Assembly: GCA_963827475.1 (NCBI GenBank)
Contig: CAWHAZ010000002.1
Location: 94,141-158,140, forward strand
DNA: 64,000 bases
Source: an uncultured Chloroflexia bacterium
GTDB taxonomy: Bacteria; Chloroflexota; Limnocylindria; QHBO01
Direction: 5' to 3'
A program made the position numbers and the translations under genes. Under the pieces are notes generated by a model, which worked only from the letters and a program-made list of their open reading frames with translations, did no database searches and was not told the origin of the DNA. This document shows, piece by piece, positions 1-9,795 of this stretch. The stretch's first letter is position 1, and every line of letters begins with the position of its first letter.

Positions 1-285
1 GCGGTGCGTGGGGCCGCGGCGATGGTGGATACCGCGACGAGCTACGGGCTCACCGCTCGAGCGGGCATCCACACCGGTGAGGTCGAGCTCCAGGGCGATG
101 ACGTTCGCGGAATCGCCGTCCACATGGCGGCGCGCATCGTGGCCATTGCCGAGCCCGGGGAGGTCCTCGTCTCCGGGACGGTCCGGGATCTTCTCGCGGG
201 ATCCGGGCTCGAGTTCACCGAGCGTGGCGCGTTCGAACTCCGAGGCATCGAAGGCCACAGGGTTCTCGCCACCCTCGTTCGCTGA
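1..285 (+). CDS. Adenylate/guanylate cyclase (class III) domain protein, C-terminal part (5' truncated by window)
   Basis: RAGIHTGEVEL..DVRGIAVHMAARI..AEPGEVLVS..ELRG motifs of class III cyclase domains. Confidence 0.85.
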   Translation, partial: AVRGAAAMVDTATSYGLTARAGIHTGEVELQGDDVRGIAVHMAARIVAIAEPGEVLVSGTVRDLLAGSGLEFTERGAFELRGIEGHRVLATLVR

Positions 286-304
286 TCGCGGCGGCAGCCT
301 CAGC

Positions 305-700
305 GTGGATCCGTTGACCCCGACGTCGCTGGCCGCGGTGCTGGCGACGGCTGGGTTCCTCCTCCTGGCCGGCTTCCAGGCCGCACTCGCCGCCGGCGCT
401 CCGTGGGGGAGAGCGGCGTGGGGTGGAGGGCAGGCTGTGCTGCCCCGAAATCTGCGGATTGCCAGTGTGGTGTCAATGGTGATCTGGCTGGGTGCGGCCG
501 CGATCATCCTGGCTCGCGCCGGGCTTGCAGTGACTCAGATCTCGGACGCCATCGCGTACTGGGCCACGTGGCTGCTCGTGGCCCTGCTCTTGGTCGGCGC
601 CGTCGTGAACTTCGCTTCTTCGAGCCCGTACGAGCGATTCGGATGGGCGCCGTTCGCGCTGGTGATGGCCCTGCTGACGCTGGTCGTGGCCCTGAGCTAG
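305..700 (+). CDS. Small integral membrane protein
   Basis: GTG at 305; four hydrophobic segments; FQAALAAGAPWGRAAWGG motif. Confidence 0.7.
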   Translation: MDPLTPTSLAAVLATAGFLLLAGFQAALAAGAPWGRAAWGGGQAVLPRNLRIASVVSMVIWLGAAAIILARAGLAVTQISDAIAYWATWLLVALLLVGAVVNFASSSPYERFGWAPFALVMALLTLVVALS

Positions 701-723
701 ACCGGTATCGCGATGGGTGAAAG

Positions 724-800
724 TGGTACCGCATACCGGATTCGAACCGGTGATCTCCGCCTTGAGAGGGCGGTGTCCTAGGCCTCTAGACGAATGCGGC
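724..800 (-). tRNA. tRNA-Glu (anticodon CTC)
   Basis: Reverse complement GCCGCATTCGTCTAGAGGCCTAGGACACCGCCCTCTCAAGGCGGAGATCACCGGTTCGAATCCGGTATGCGGTACCA: cloverleaf, GGTTCGAATCC T-arm, CTC anticodon, encoded CCA. Confidence 0.96.
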
Positions 801-878
801 ACGCCGCGGCGCGTCCCGGTCGGGAGGGCCGGCGGGAGTATAACAACGCTCATCTGAGACCCTCAAAGAGGCAGGCCC

Positions 879-1315
879 GTGCGCGCACAAAACCAGATCA
901 CCATCCTCCGTCCGGCCGAGGAGGTTTTCGCGGTGCTGACCGATGCGCCGACCATCACCCGTGGGCGTCGACCACCGACCGGGCCTGGTGGGTGACGCCG
1001 CCGCCGTACGGCGTCGGATCGGTCCGTCGCGCCACCGGCGTCGTGCGGGGTCAGCGGTTCGAGAACGAGGCGACCATCGTCGAGCACGATCCACCCCGAC
1101 GCCAGGTGCTGTCCGGCGAGGAGTCCGGCGCGAAGTTCCGGGTCACGGTGGACTTGGCGCCGGTGCCCGACGGGACCACCGTGACGGTGACCTCGGACAT
1201 CGAGCTGACCGGCGGGATGCGCTTCCTCGGACCGATGATCTCGCGGGAGTACCGCAAGACGTGGGACGCCGACCTGGCGAGCCTCAAGCGGATGATGGAG
1301 GCCGGCGAGCTGTAA
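879..1315 (+). CDS. SRPBCC family protein (frameshift near 950)
   Basis: GTG 879 gives MRAQNQITILRPAEEVFAVLTD; continues in another frame WASTTDRAWWVT..DLASLKRMME. Confidence 0.7.
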
Positions 1316-1324
1316 GGGGCCTGC

Positions 1325-2596
1325 CTACTCGGGGGACCCCAGGACGAGGGCGGCGTTCAGGCCGCCGAACCCGAACGAGGTCGAGAGCACCCGGCGATAG
1401 GTCCCGGCCCGGCCACCGTGGTCGCGGATGAGCCCCGGCAGCAGCTGACCGATCTCCTCGTCCGGCTCGACGAGGTTGACCGAGGGCGGCGCCCAGCCGT
1501 CGCGGATGGTCAGGGCCGACAGCGCGGCCTCGATCGCGCCCGTCGCGCCGAGCGGATGACCGGTCATGGCCTTGGTGCCCGACACCGGGACGTCCGCCGC
1601 GTGGCCGTCGAGCCCCAGCTCCAGCGCGCGGGCTTCGGCCACGTCGCCAAGCGGCGTGGAGCTGGCATGGGCGTTCACGTAATCGATCGAGGCTGCGTCC
1701 ACACCTGCGTCGGCGAGTGCGATGCGAACCGACCTGCCCGCCTCCGAGCCATCGGGGCGCGGCTGGACCATGTGGTGCGCGTCGGAGGTCGCACCGTAGC
1801 CGAGCAGCTCGGCGTAAGGCGTGGCGCCCCGTCGGCGGGCGGACTCGGCTTCCTCGAGCACCAGCAGCGCCGCGCCTTCGCCGAGGACGAATCCACTGCG
1901 AGCGGCGTCGAACGGTCGACACGCCTGGTCGGGCGCGTCGTTGTGCGCATTGGCCAGGGCGCGGATGATGTCGAACGCCCCGAACGCGAGGGGCGACAAC
2001 GGGCATTCCACGCCCCCGGCAATCGCCGCGTCGACTTCTCCGCTGCGGATCGCCCCCAGCGCCTCGCCGAGAGCCACCGACCCCGACGCGCACGAGTTGG
2101 CGGTCGAAAGAATCGGTCCGCGAACTCCCAGCCCGATGCCGAGATTGGCGGGCGCCGCCCCGCCGAAGACGGCCAGAGCCAGGGTGGGGGCCACCCCCTT
2201 GATGCCCCGCTCCATGAATCGTTCGTGCTGCTCCTCGGCAAATGCAACGCCGCCCAGCGCGCTGCCCAGGAAGATGCCAACCCGTTCGGGCGCCGGGTGA
2301 TTCGGGGATCCGGGCTGGAGGTCAGCATCGTCCATCGCCAGGCGACCAGCGACCACGCCGAACTGGCTGAATCGGTCCAGCGCGCGCACGGAGCGCGCGT
2401 CGAGGTGCGCCGCGGGGTCGAAGTCGTCGACCTGGGCCGCCACCCGGGACCGGAATGTGCTGGCGTCGAATCGGTCAACGTCGCGGATCGGGGAGACCGC
2501 CGCGCGCAGGCCCGCCCTGAAGCCATCCACCCCGGTGCCGGCCGAGGTGATCAGCCCCATGCCGGTGATCCAGGTGCGGCGTCGGCCCTCGCTCAC
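1325..2596 (-). CDS. Beta-ketoacyl-ACP synthase (FabF/KAS II-type ketosynthase)
   Basis: WITGMG, ANSCASG (Cys), YVNAHASST (His), TKAMTGHPLGA (His), SFGFGG; GTG start overlaps upstream stop. Confidence 0.92.
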   Translation of the reverse strand: MSEGRRRTWITGMGLITSAGTGVDGFRAGLRAAVSPIRDVDRFDASTFRSRVAAQVDDFDPAAHLDARSVRALDRFSQFGVVAGRLAMDDADLQPGSPNHPAPERVGIFLGSALGGVAFAEEQHERFMERGIKGVAPTLALAVFGGAAPANLGIGLGVRGPILSTANSCASGSVALGEALGAIRSGEVDAAIAGGVECPLSPLAFGAFDIIRALANAHNDAPDQACRPFDAARSGFVLGEGAALLVLEEAESARRRGATPYAELLGYGATSDAHHMVQPRPDGSEAGRSVRIALADAGVDAASIDYVNAHASSTPLGDVAEARALELGLDGHAADVPVSGTKAMTGHPLGATGAIEAALSALTIRDGWAPPSVNLVEPDEEIGQLLPGLIRDHGGRAGTYRRVLSTSFGFGGLNAALVLGSPE

Positions 2597-3075
2597 GGGT
2601 CGGACGACCGAGCAGCCGCCGACCCATCGGCCAGTGTCTCGGCCAGCGACTTGAACGTTCGCAGCGTGCGGGTCGCGATCGGCCGGGTGAACGCGCGGTC
2701 GACGAATGTCGACCACACCGCGACTCGCGGTCGGAAGTCGTGCTCGATGGTCACCCGGCACCCGTCTCCGGAGGGCTCGATCCGCCACGTCACCTCCATG
2801 CCGGCGGTGGCGCCACCGAGGTGCCGGAAACGGAGCCGCAGGTCATCCGGTTCGGCCCACGTCCGGGAGCGCCAGGCGACGGGGATGCCGAAGCCCAGCA
2901 CCGGCACCACGGCGCGAAGCGCGACGAACTCGCAGGTGACCGATGCGCCCTCGCGGGCGACGGGACGGGCACGCCAGTAATGGGGCAGGAGCGAAGGCCA
3001 GCGGACAGGATCACGGGCGAGCTGGAAGACGAGCTCCGGCGGAGCAGCGACTTCGATGCCGATCGACGTCCGCAC
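2593..3075 (-). CDS. SRPBCC / polyketide cyclase-aromatase-like protein
   Basis: IEVAAPPELVFQLARDPVRWPSLLPHY..GMEVTWRIEP..IEHDF; directly upstream of the ketosynthase. Confidence 0.8.
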   Translation of the reverse strand: MRTSIGIEVAAPPELVFQLARDPVRWPSLLPHYWRARPVAREGASVTCEFVALRAVVPVLGFGIPVAWRSRTWAEPDDLRLRFRHLGGATAGMEVTWRIEPSGDGCRVTIEHDFRPRVAVWSTFVDRAFTRPIATRTLRTFKSLAETLADGSAAARSSDP

Positions 3076-3078
3076 CGA

Positions 3079-4288
3079 TCAGCGGAGCAGAGCGGCGAGG
3101 AACGCCGGCTCGAGAGCCCGCGTCGCCGGGACGAGGTCGCCCATCACGAGGCCCATCGTCTCACGGAGGTCCGCTCGCTGCGCCAGGCGGCGGGCGACGT
3201 GCCGGAACAGCACGGGGCGCGCCGCGAACCCCTGGACGAGGAGGGTGACGACGTCCTTCGCGCGAAAGCGTCGTGACATGGCCGCGTCGTAGTCGTCGAG
3301 GGCCCCGGGCCTCCCGTCGAGATGAGCGTCGACCGCGGCCGCCGCCAGGGCAGCCGAGACGAGAGCCCGGTGGAGTCCCTCCCCGGTCAACGGGTCGAGG
3401 AAGCCGGCCGCGTCGCCGACCAGCAGCCAGCCGGCTCCGGAGCGGCGCGCGACCCGGTGACCGAGCGGCGCCGCGCCCTCGATCGGGTCGCAGCGCTCGG
3501 CTTCGGCCCACGCGACCTCGTCTCCAGGGGCCGCGGGAATGGCGGCCAGCACATCGGTGGTGACCCGGGCCGCCCCGTCCGTTGCCAGTCGCCGCTGCCA
3601 CGCCTCGCCGCCGAGGACGATCCCGACGTTCACCCGTCCTCCCGGTACCGGGGCCAGCCCGCAGTAGGCGTGATCGGCGAGGACCATTCGCGCGTCGCGG
3701 AGGGCGGGTGGCCTCGGATCGGTTACGTGGAAGGTCAGGCCGATGCGCCGCCCGAGGCGCGCCGGGCGGACGACGCCCGCCAGCCGTGCCACCGTCGATC
3801 GGACGCCGTCCGCGCCGACCACGATCCGCGCCTCGAGCTCGTCCCGCCCGTTCCCGTCGCGAACGACGAGCCGCTGACGATCGCCGGCAAGCGTCGCACC
3901 GGTGACCGAGACCCCGGAGCGGACCTCGACACCGGCAACGCGGGCCATGTCCAGCAGTGCCACGTCGAGCGCCTCGCGATCGAATCCGACCGCGGATCGG
4001 CCCAGGCTCCCGTCCCCGCCATAGGTCAGCCGAAACGCGGTGCCGTCATCGGCCTCCACCCGCATCGCGGTCACGGGCAACGCCGCGGCCCGGATCACTT
4101 GCTTCGGCGAGGCCGGCCGAACGGAGCGCGGTGACGGCCGCCGGGGAGCTGAACACGCCACACGCCCGCCATCGCCAGGCCGGAGATCGCTCCACGAGCA
4201 CCACCCGCCGGCCGCGGCGGGCAAGCAGGGTCGCCACCGTCGCCCCACCCGGTCCCCCGCCGACGACGACGACGTCGGCATCGGTCAT
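3079..4288 (-). CDS. FAD-dependent oxidoreductase (geranylgeranyl reductase/monooxygenase-like), frameshift near 4095
   Basis: N-term DVVVVGGGPGG in one frame; VGADGVRS and LVGDAAGFLDPLTGEG in the next frame. Confidence 0.85.
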
Positions 4289-4986
4289 CGTCGAACGGCG
4301 GCGATCGCCCAGCGGTGGCCGAGCAGCTCGGCCGAGTAGACCGGCCGGAGCCCGGCCGCGACGAGCAGGCCAACCGCCTCGTCGAGGGTGTACGACCGGC
4401 GGGCCGAGAGCGGCGCGTCGTGATGGGTGTAGCGGTTTCGGCTGCACGCCCGCGCCAGGAGCCAGGCCCCGAGGATGGTGAATCGGTGCCGGGCAAGGTC
4501 GTTCACCACCACGCCCTCCTTCGCCACCCGTGCGAGCTCGCGGAGGAATCGGACGGCATCGGCCGGCTCGAGGTGATGGAGGACGAGGCTCGAGTGGGCA
4601 ATGTCGAAGGCGCCGCCGGGATACGGGAGCGCATGACCGTCGGCGACCTCCAGGCGGAGTCCCTCCACCTCGTCCAGGCCGGGTCGGGCGGCCCGGGCAG
4701 CGTCGAGGACCTCCGGCCGACTGTCGACCGCCGTGACCGTGATGGACCGTGATTGGAGCCTCCGGTCGGCGAGCAGCGCGAGCGGGATGTCCGCCCCTCC
4801 GGTGCCGACGTCGAGAACCGAAAACGGCTGGTTCGGCGGCGCAAGCGCCTCGATTGCGCGGATGGACAGGGCCGTGCCGCCGGTGAATCGGTTCGCCCGC
4901 CCCATGTCTCGCAGGTTGTCCCGCAGCGTGTCCGGGTCGTCCAGGTGACCGTCGAGCAACTCCGGGGCGTCCGCGGCGCGCCTCAC
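4285..4986 (-). CDS. SAM-dependent methyltransferase
   Basis: ELLD..NLRDMGRANRFTGG, VLDVGTGGADIP, SLVLHHL, VVNDLAR, HDAPLSARRSY. Confidence 0.88.
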   Translation of the reverse strand: MRRAADAPELLDGHLDDPDTLRDNLRDMGRANRFTGGTALSIRAIEALAPPNQPFSVLDVGTGGADIPLALLADRRLQSRSITVTAVDSRPEVLDAARAARPGLDEVEGLRLEVADGHALPYPGGAFDIAHSSLVLHHLEPADAVRFLRELARVAKEGVVVNDLARHRFTILGAWLLARACSRNRYTHHDAPLSARRSYTLDEAVGLLVAAGLRPVYSAELLGHRWAIAAVRR

Positions 4987-6260
4987 GGCTGTGGCTCCAG
5001 GACCGGGCTCTGGCCAGCGGCGGCCCGCGCCCGCTCCGCGCGCAGCGCCGGGAGGTACAGCGGGGCGGCGATGGCGCAGGCGATTCCCCCGACCACCATG
5101 GCCGTGGACAGGGAGGTCCCGGCGGCAATCGTGGTCAGGACGATCGCGCCGACGGAGGCCGCGGGGTGGAAGGCCATCGAGTTCAGGGACAGCACCGTCG
5201 TCCGATGAGCCGCGTCCACCTCCCGGTGGAGGAGAGTCGAGTGCATGGGACCCGACGCGCCGTGGGTGGCGTAGCACGCGAGATAGGCCGTGATCAGGCC
5301 CACCGGGCCGGCGAACAAACCCATGGCCACGATGGTGAGGCCCTGGAGGATTCGCATCGCGATGGCGGCCCGTGCGACGCCGGTCCGTCGGCTCACGACC
5401 CCGATCAATGCCGCGCCGGCCGCGGCCGCGAACCACGCCCCGGAACTGGCCGGGCCCATGAGGGCGGCGGCCTCGGTCTCGCTCCCCAGCACCTCGCCGA
5501 GACGGATGGGGAACAGGGTTTCGAACGCGATGATCGCAAATCCCCAGAACAGCTCGACCGCGATCACGGCGGCCAGCACACGCGAACCGCGGAGGAGGGA
5601 CAACCCCTCTCGAACCGTCCGCGGAACGGCTCGAACCGAGGTGACGACCCCGCGGATGCCGGATCCGTGCCGCGTCTCGGAAAGAAGCGCTGCTGCCGCG
5701 CCGAAGTTCAGGAGAGCGATTACCAGCGCCAGGAGAACGGGCAGCGCGAGCGTCTCGACCGCTGGGAGCGGATCGAGTGCCACCAGCGCGCCGGATAGCA
5801 GGGCACCGGCCGCGATCCCCAGGCTGAGGACCGTGGTGCCCGCGGCCAGGCCTGACTCGATCCGCGCCTCCGGGTCCGCCGCGTGCGTGGCATCTACGTA
5901 CCACGCTTCCAGCGGCCCGCTGTCGAGCGCGCGGAAGGTGGCGGTCAGCACGGTCGCCGCGACGAACCCTCCGACCGAGTCGGCGATGTAGAGCATCGCC
6001 AGGCCCGCGATCGCAAAGGCATAGGCCAGGACCTGGGTCGGACGCCGGCCGAGCGAGTCGGAGAGCCCGCCGGTGGGCAGCTCCAGGAACAGCACGATCA
6101 GTCCCTGGACCGAGCCGACGAGGCCGATCTCGACCAGGGACATCCCGCGCGAGACCATGAGCAGGACGATGATCGGGATGAGCAGGCCGGACTGGAACCA
6201 GCGCAGACCGATGAGGAACAGGTAGCGACGCCGGACCGTCCGCGCGTCTAGTGGGCTCAC
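4983..6260 (-). CDS. MFS transporter
   Basis: About 12 hydrophobic segments; ELPTGGLSDSLGRR motif A. Confidence 0.88.
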   Translation of the reverse strand: MSPLDARTVRRRYLFLIGLRWFQSGLLIPIIVLLMVSRGMSLVEIGLVGSVQGLIVLFLELPTGGLSDSLGRRPTQVLAYAFAIAGLAMLYIADSVGGFVAATVLTATFRALDSGPLEAWYVDATHAADPEARIESGLAAGTTVLSLGIAAGALLSGALVALDPLPAVETLALPVLLALVIALLNFGAAAALLSETRHGSGIRGVVTSVRAVPRTVREGLSLLRGSRVLAAVIAVELFWGFAIIAFETLFPIRLGEVLGSETEAAALMGPASSGAWFAAAAGAALIGVVSRRTGVARAAIAMRILQGLTIVAMGLFAGPVGLITAYLACYATHGASGPMHSTLLHREVDAAHRTTVLSLNSMAFHPAASVGAIVLTTIAAGTSLSTAMVVGGIACAIAAPLYLPALRAERARAAAGQSPVLEPQP

Positions 6261-7369
6261 GGGCTCATCGTACGGATCGTCAACCTGAGCGTCCGCCCGA
6301 GTGTCGCGGCGACGCGGTCCACCTCGTCTCCCAGCCGCCGTCGCGGAACCGGGCCGATCTCGCCAAACCAGTCGACAACCACCTGGTCATCGGTAACCGC
6401 CCACGTGCCGGAGATGACGCCCCCCACCACGACGATTGGCGCGATCCATCCCGCCTGGCGGCTCACCTGCTTCCGTCGAGCCGGCGGCAGGACATGACGG
6501 TCGAGCGTCCCGGGGCCAAGGACCCACTGGTCGAATCCGGGCAACAGCCGAACGGCGGTGGTGGCTGGCGTGGAAGCCAGCTCATCGAGATCGTCGCGCA
6601 GAAGGTGCGCGGGCTCGCCATCGATCTCGACCGCGACGAGACGATCCCCGAGGGCGGCGTGCCAGCGCATCACCGCGCGTTTGGCTGCACCGGACCAGCG
6701 ATAGACATTGTCGACAGTCGCCGGCCCGTAGGCACGGTAATAGGTCTCGAGGACCCTGATCGCCGCTTCGGACGGTTCGTGCAGGCCAGCCCACCGCGGG
6801 TTGCGATCCAGGAGCTGCATCGTGGCGCGCCCGTCGCGCGGCGGTCCGATGCTCAGGTCCCCCTGGAACGCCAGCGGTTTGAGGATCGTTCCCCAGCTGG
6901 AATCGAAATGCTCGCGCAGATGCCCGAGCTCGGGGCCGACCGCCACCGCCGCCCCCAGCTCCTGGCGGGTGAGCGGGCCATCGGCGAGAGCATCGCGCGC
7001 CGCGGCGCGAAGGACGTCCCACCGACGGGGCGACATGCCGAAGTACCGATCCCAACTGGGCTTCTCCCACCCGCGACCGGCCGCCAGCAGGGAGAGGATG
7101 TCCCCGCCCTCCTCGGGCGTCAGAAGGTGCAGCGCGCTCCGCATCGCCCAGGTCTTGATCAGACGTCCCGACTCCAGGGCCCGATCCACCTCTCCGGGGG
7201 CGGAGCGCTGTCTTCGCAGGCGGATCGCCAAGTCGGCTGACGAGGCGACCTGGGACTGGACCCCACCCAGCCGCCGCACCACCTCGGGGACCGATGCCGT
7301 CCCAACCGGGTCCAGCAGGTGGCGCCGCAGCCGCCACGCCAGGGCCTGGGACCAGCGGACCGACTTCAC
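6257..7369 (-). CDS. AlkZ-like (HTH_42) winged-helix DNA glycosylase, QSQ motif
   Basis: LAWRLRRHLL, GGVQSQ, TWAMRSALHL, YGPAT, VRLLPGFD, GVISGTW. Confidence 0.85.
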   Translation of the reverse strand: MKSVRWSQALAWRLRRHLLDPVGTASVPEVVRRLGGVQSQVASSADLAIRLRRQRSAPGEVDRALESGRLIKTWAMRSALHLLTPEEGGDILSLLAAGRGWEKPSWDRYFGMSPRRWDVLRAAARDALADGPLTRQELGAAVAVGPELGHLREHFDSSWGTILKPLAFQGDLSIGPPRDGRATMQLLDRNPRWAGLHEPSEAAIRVLETYYRAYGPATVDNVYRWSGAAKRAVMRWHAALGDRLVAVEIDGEPAHLLRDDLDELASTPATTAVRLLPGFDQWVLGPGTLDRHVLPPARRKQVSRQAGWIAPIVVVGGVISGTWAVTDDQVVVDWFGEIGPVPRRRLGDEVDRVAATLGRTLRLTIRTMSP

Positions 7370-8463
7370 CGGGGGATGGCGATCGTCAGGCCAAGTGGCC
7401 GGCGCAGGATGGTGGCAAGCCGCGCCACTTCCTCGGCCAGCACGCCGCGCGGCAGCGGCTCCGCCTCGGCGAAGGGGACGACCACGACCCGGTCCTCTTT
7501 CACCGCCCACGTGCCGGAGACGACGCCGCCCATGATGACGAATGGGGTCCGTCGGCTGATCAGCGACCGCCTGGTGGGAGGAACGATGTGGCTCTCGGCC
7601 GTCCCCGGGCCCATGACCCATTGGTCGTTTCCGGGCAGGAGCCGGACCGCGGGTGTCGCGGACGTCGAGGCCAGGTCGTCGAGATCTTCACGAAGAACGG
7701 ATCTGCGCTCTCCGTCGATCTGGACCGTCACCACGCGTGTGCCGAGGCTGGCCAGCCAGGCCTGCACCTTCCTCTGTCCGGCGCCAGTCCAGTAGCGGAC
7801 CTGCTCGATGGTCGCCGGTCCATACGCGCGAAGGTGAGCCTCGACCACCCGCGGTCCCGCTTCTTCGGGCTCGGGCACCCCCGCCCAGCGCGGGTTGCCA
7901 CTCAGCAGCTGGAAGGTGTGGCGCCCCTCTCGCGGCGGTCCGAAGCTCATCACGCCCTGCCAGAAGAGGGGCTTCAGGATGGTGCTCGAGTGCTCGGCGA
8001 AGGCAAACCCCAGGTGCGCGAACTTCGGCCGTGCGATGACCCTGGCGCCGAGCTCCGACGCGGAAAGCGGGCCTTCCGCGAGCGCCTCTCCGACTGCCGC
8101 CCGGAACGGCTCCCAGTCCTCCGGCGTCAGTCCGTAGAAGCTCTGCCAGCTGGGCAGCTCCCACTGCCGATTCGCGGCCATCAGACCCAGGTAGGCGCCG
8201 CCGTCCTCCGGGGTCAGCAGGTGCATCGAGCCCCGCATGATCCACGCCTTGATCAGGCGCCCCTCGGCCAGCGCCTGGGTGACCTCGTCCGGCTCGGACC
8301 GCTGTCGGCGGAGGCGAATGGCCAGTTCCGCCGAAGCGGCGACCGGCGCCTGGACCGCGCCCAGGCGGCGGACAACGTCCTCGACGGATTCGGTGCCGAT
8401 CGGGTCGAGCAGATGCCGCCGCAGGCGCCAGGCGAGGACCTGCGGCCAGCTGATCGATGCCAC
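7366..8463 (-). CDS. AlkZ-like (HTH_42) DNA glycosylase paralog, QAP in place of QxQ
   Basis: Collinear similarity with the adjacent paralog; GAVQAP, WIMRGSMHL, YGPAT, VRLLPGND. Confidence 0.85.
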   Translation of the reverse strand: MASISWPQVLAWRLRRHLLDPIGTESVEDVVRRLGAVQAPVAASAELAIRLRRQRSEPDEVTQALAEGRLIKAWIMRGSMHLLTPEDGGAYLGLMAANRQWELPSWQSFYGLTPEDWEPFRAAVGEALAEGPLSASELGARVIARPKFAHLGFAFAEHSSTILKPLFWQGVMSFGPPREGRHTFQLLSGNPRWAGVPEPEEAGPRVVEAHLRAYGPATIEQVRYWTGAGQRKVQAWLASLGTRVVTVQIDGERRSVLREDLDDLASTSATPAVRLLPGNDQWVMGPGTAESHIVPPTRRSLISRRTPFVIMGGVVSGTWAVKEDRVVVVPFAEAEPLPRGVLAEEVARLATILRRPLGLTIAIPR

Positions 8464-8493
8464 CAGGGCTCTGGCTTTCGCTCCGGACAGCGC

Positions 8494-8920
8494 CTAGTAG
8501 GTGATCGACTGGCCGTCGGTGGCAGCCGAGGCACGGATCACCTCGTCGATGACGTCGAGATCGACGTCGGACACCCGCTTGAAGCGGATGCAGCCTCGGC
8601 CGAGGTTCGCTCTTCGGGAGCCGGGCGGCGAACGGCTCCAGGCCGATAGGGCCCGCGTAGAACGAGATGTACTGCTTGTTCGAGGCGAGAGCAATGCACA
8701 TCCACTCGCCGGTCCGGCCGGACTTGCCCCGATAGGAGTACTCGCCATAGCTCAGGAATCCCCGCTCGACGTATCGGCGCAATCCGGGGGCCACCTTCCG
8801 GATCCTGGCGTCCAGCTCTTCGAGCTGCGGGCGGCGCACGTCATCCAGCGCAGCCAGCCAGGCGTCGGGGTCCGTCGGGCCAGTCGGCTTCTGGCCGTAC
8901 ATGCCCTTCTGTTCCGCCAT
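8494..8920 (-). CDS. DUF1801-family protein (frameshift near 8610)
   Basis: LSYGEYSY..W..IALASNKQYISFY then ANLGRGCIRFKRVSDVD in a shifted frame. Confidence 0.75.
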
Positions 8921-8922
8921 GG

Positions 8923-9789
8923 TCAGCGGCGGCCGGCTCCGACGAGGTCGGCCTGGGTGGCCATCATCGAATGCCGACGCTCCTCGAGCCAGCCGAGGAT
9001 CGAGCCCGCGACCGCCGGCCAGGTCTCCGAGCCCATGACCAGACCGAAGTGGCTGGCGCCCGGGATGTACTCGTAGGTCGCCCCGAGCAGGTCGGCGGTG
9101 CGCCGCGCTTCGGATGGATGGATGACGTCGTCCAGCCCCGCCCCGATGACGAGGGTTGGCACCTGGATCCGCCCTGGATCGATCTCCACGCCCAGCATCC
9201 GTTCCTGGCGCGCCCGTCCCGACTCGCGAGCTCCGACCAGCAGCTCCTGCATCTTCGACAGCTCCTCGACCGACATGTCGGGCATCCACGCCTGGAGCTC
9301 GTCCTGTGGAGCGCGCCAGCCCCACCACTCGGCGTCGTACACCGGTGGAACCGAGTTCAGCTCGTGGTCGGCGGGACGCCGGGGAAGCGCCGCGGCCGGC
9401 GGGGAGGGCGCCAGCAGGACGAGGCCGAGCACCGGCCGTGTCTGCGCGTAGAGGAGCGCGGCGAGCGCCCCCATTCCCCAGCCGATGACCACCGGCGGGC
9501 GGCCGAGCTGGCGGGCCGCGATCCCGATGTCATCGGCGTAGTCGCGCATCCGCACCTCGGACAGGTCGGCCAGGTCGGAGGTGAAGTGGCCGCGCAGGTT
9601 GAGCGCGTGGGCCTCCCAGCCACGCTCCGCGAAGTAGGCCGCGAAGCTCGACCACAGCCACGACCCGGTCAGGACGCCGTGGACCAGAAGCAGTGGGGGC
9701 TTGCGGCTGCGCCGCTCCGGCTGATGGGTCTCGACGTGGATGCCCTCGGGCTCGATGAAGACCTCGTCACGCTTGATGGCCTGGACCAC
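8923..9789 (-). CDS. Alpha/beta hydrolase-fold protein (GWGMG at nucleophile elbow)
   Basis: LLLVHG, ALNLRGH, VIGWGMG, PTLVIGAGLDD, GASHFG. Confidence 0.8.
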   Translation of the reverse strand: MVQAIKRDEVFIEPEGIHVETHQPERRSRKPPLLLVHGVLTGSWLWSSFAAYFAERGWEAHALNLRGHFTSDLADLSEVRMRDYADDIGIAARQLGRPPVVIGWGMGALAALLYAQTRPVLGLVLLAPSPPAAALPRRPADHELNSVPPVYDAEWWGWRAPQDELQAWMPDMSVEELSKMQELLVGARESGRARQERMLGVEIDPGRIQVPTLVIGAGLDDVIHPSEARRTADLLGATYEYIPGASHFGLVMGSETWPAVAGSILGWLEERRHSMMATQADLVGAGRR

Positions 9790-9795
9790 GGACGT

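Noticed and set aside
700-880. tRNA-Glu as an integration site
   Set aside because: No integrase and no duplicated tRNA 3' end seen in the window
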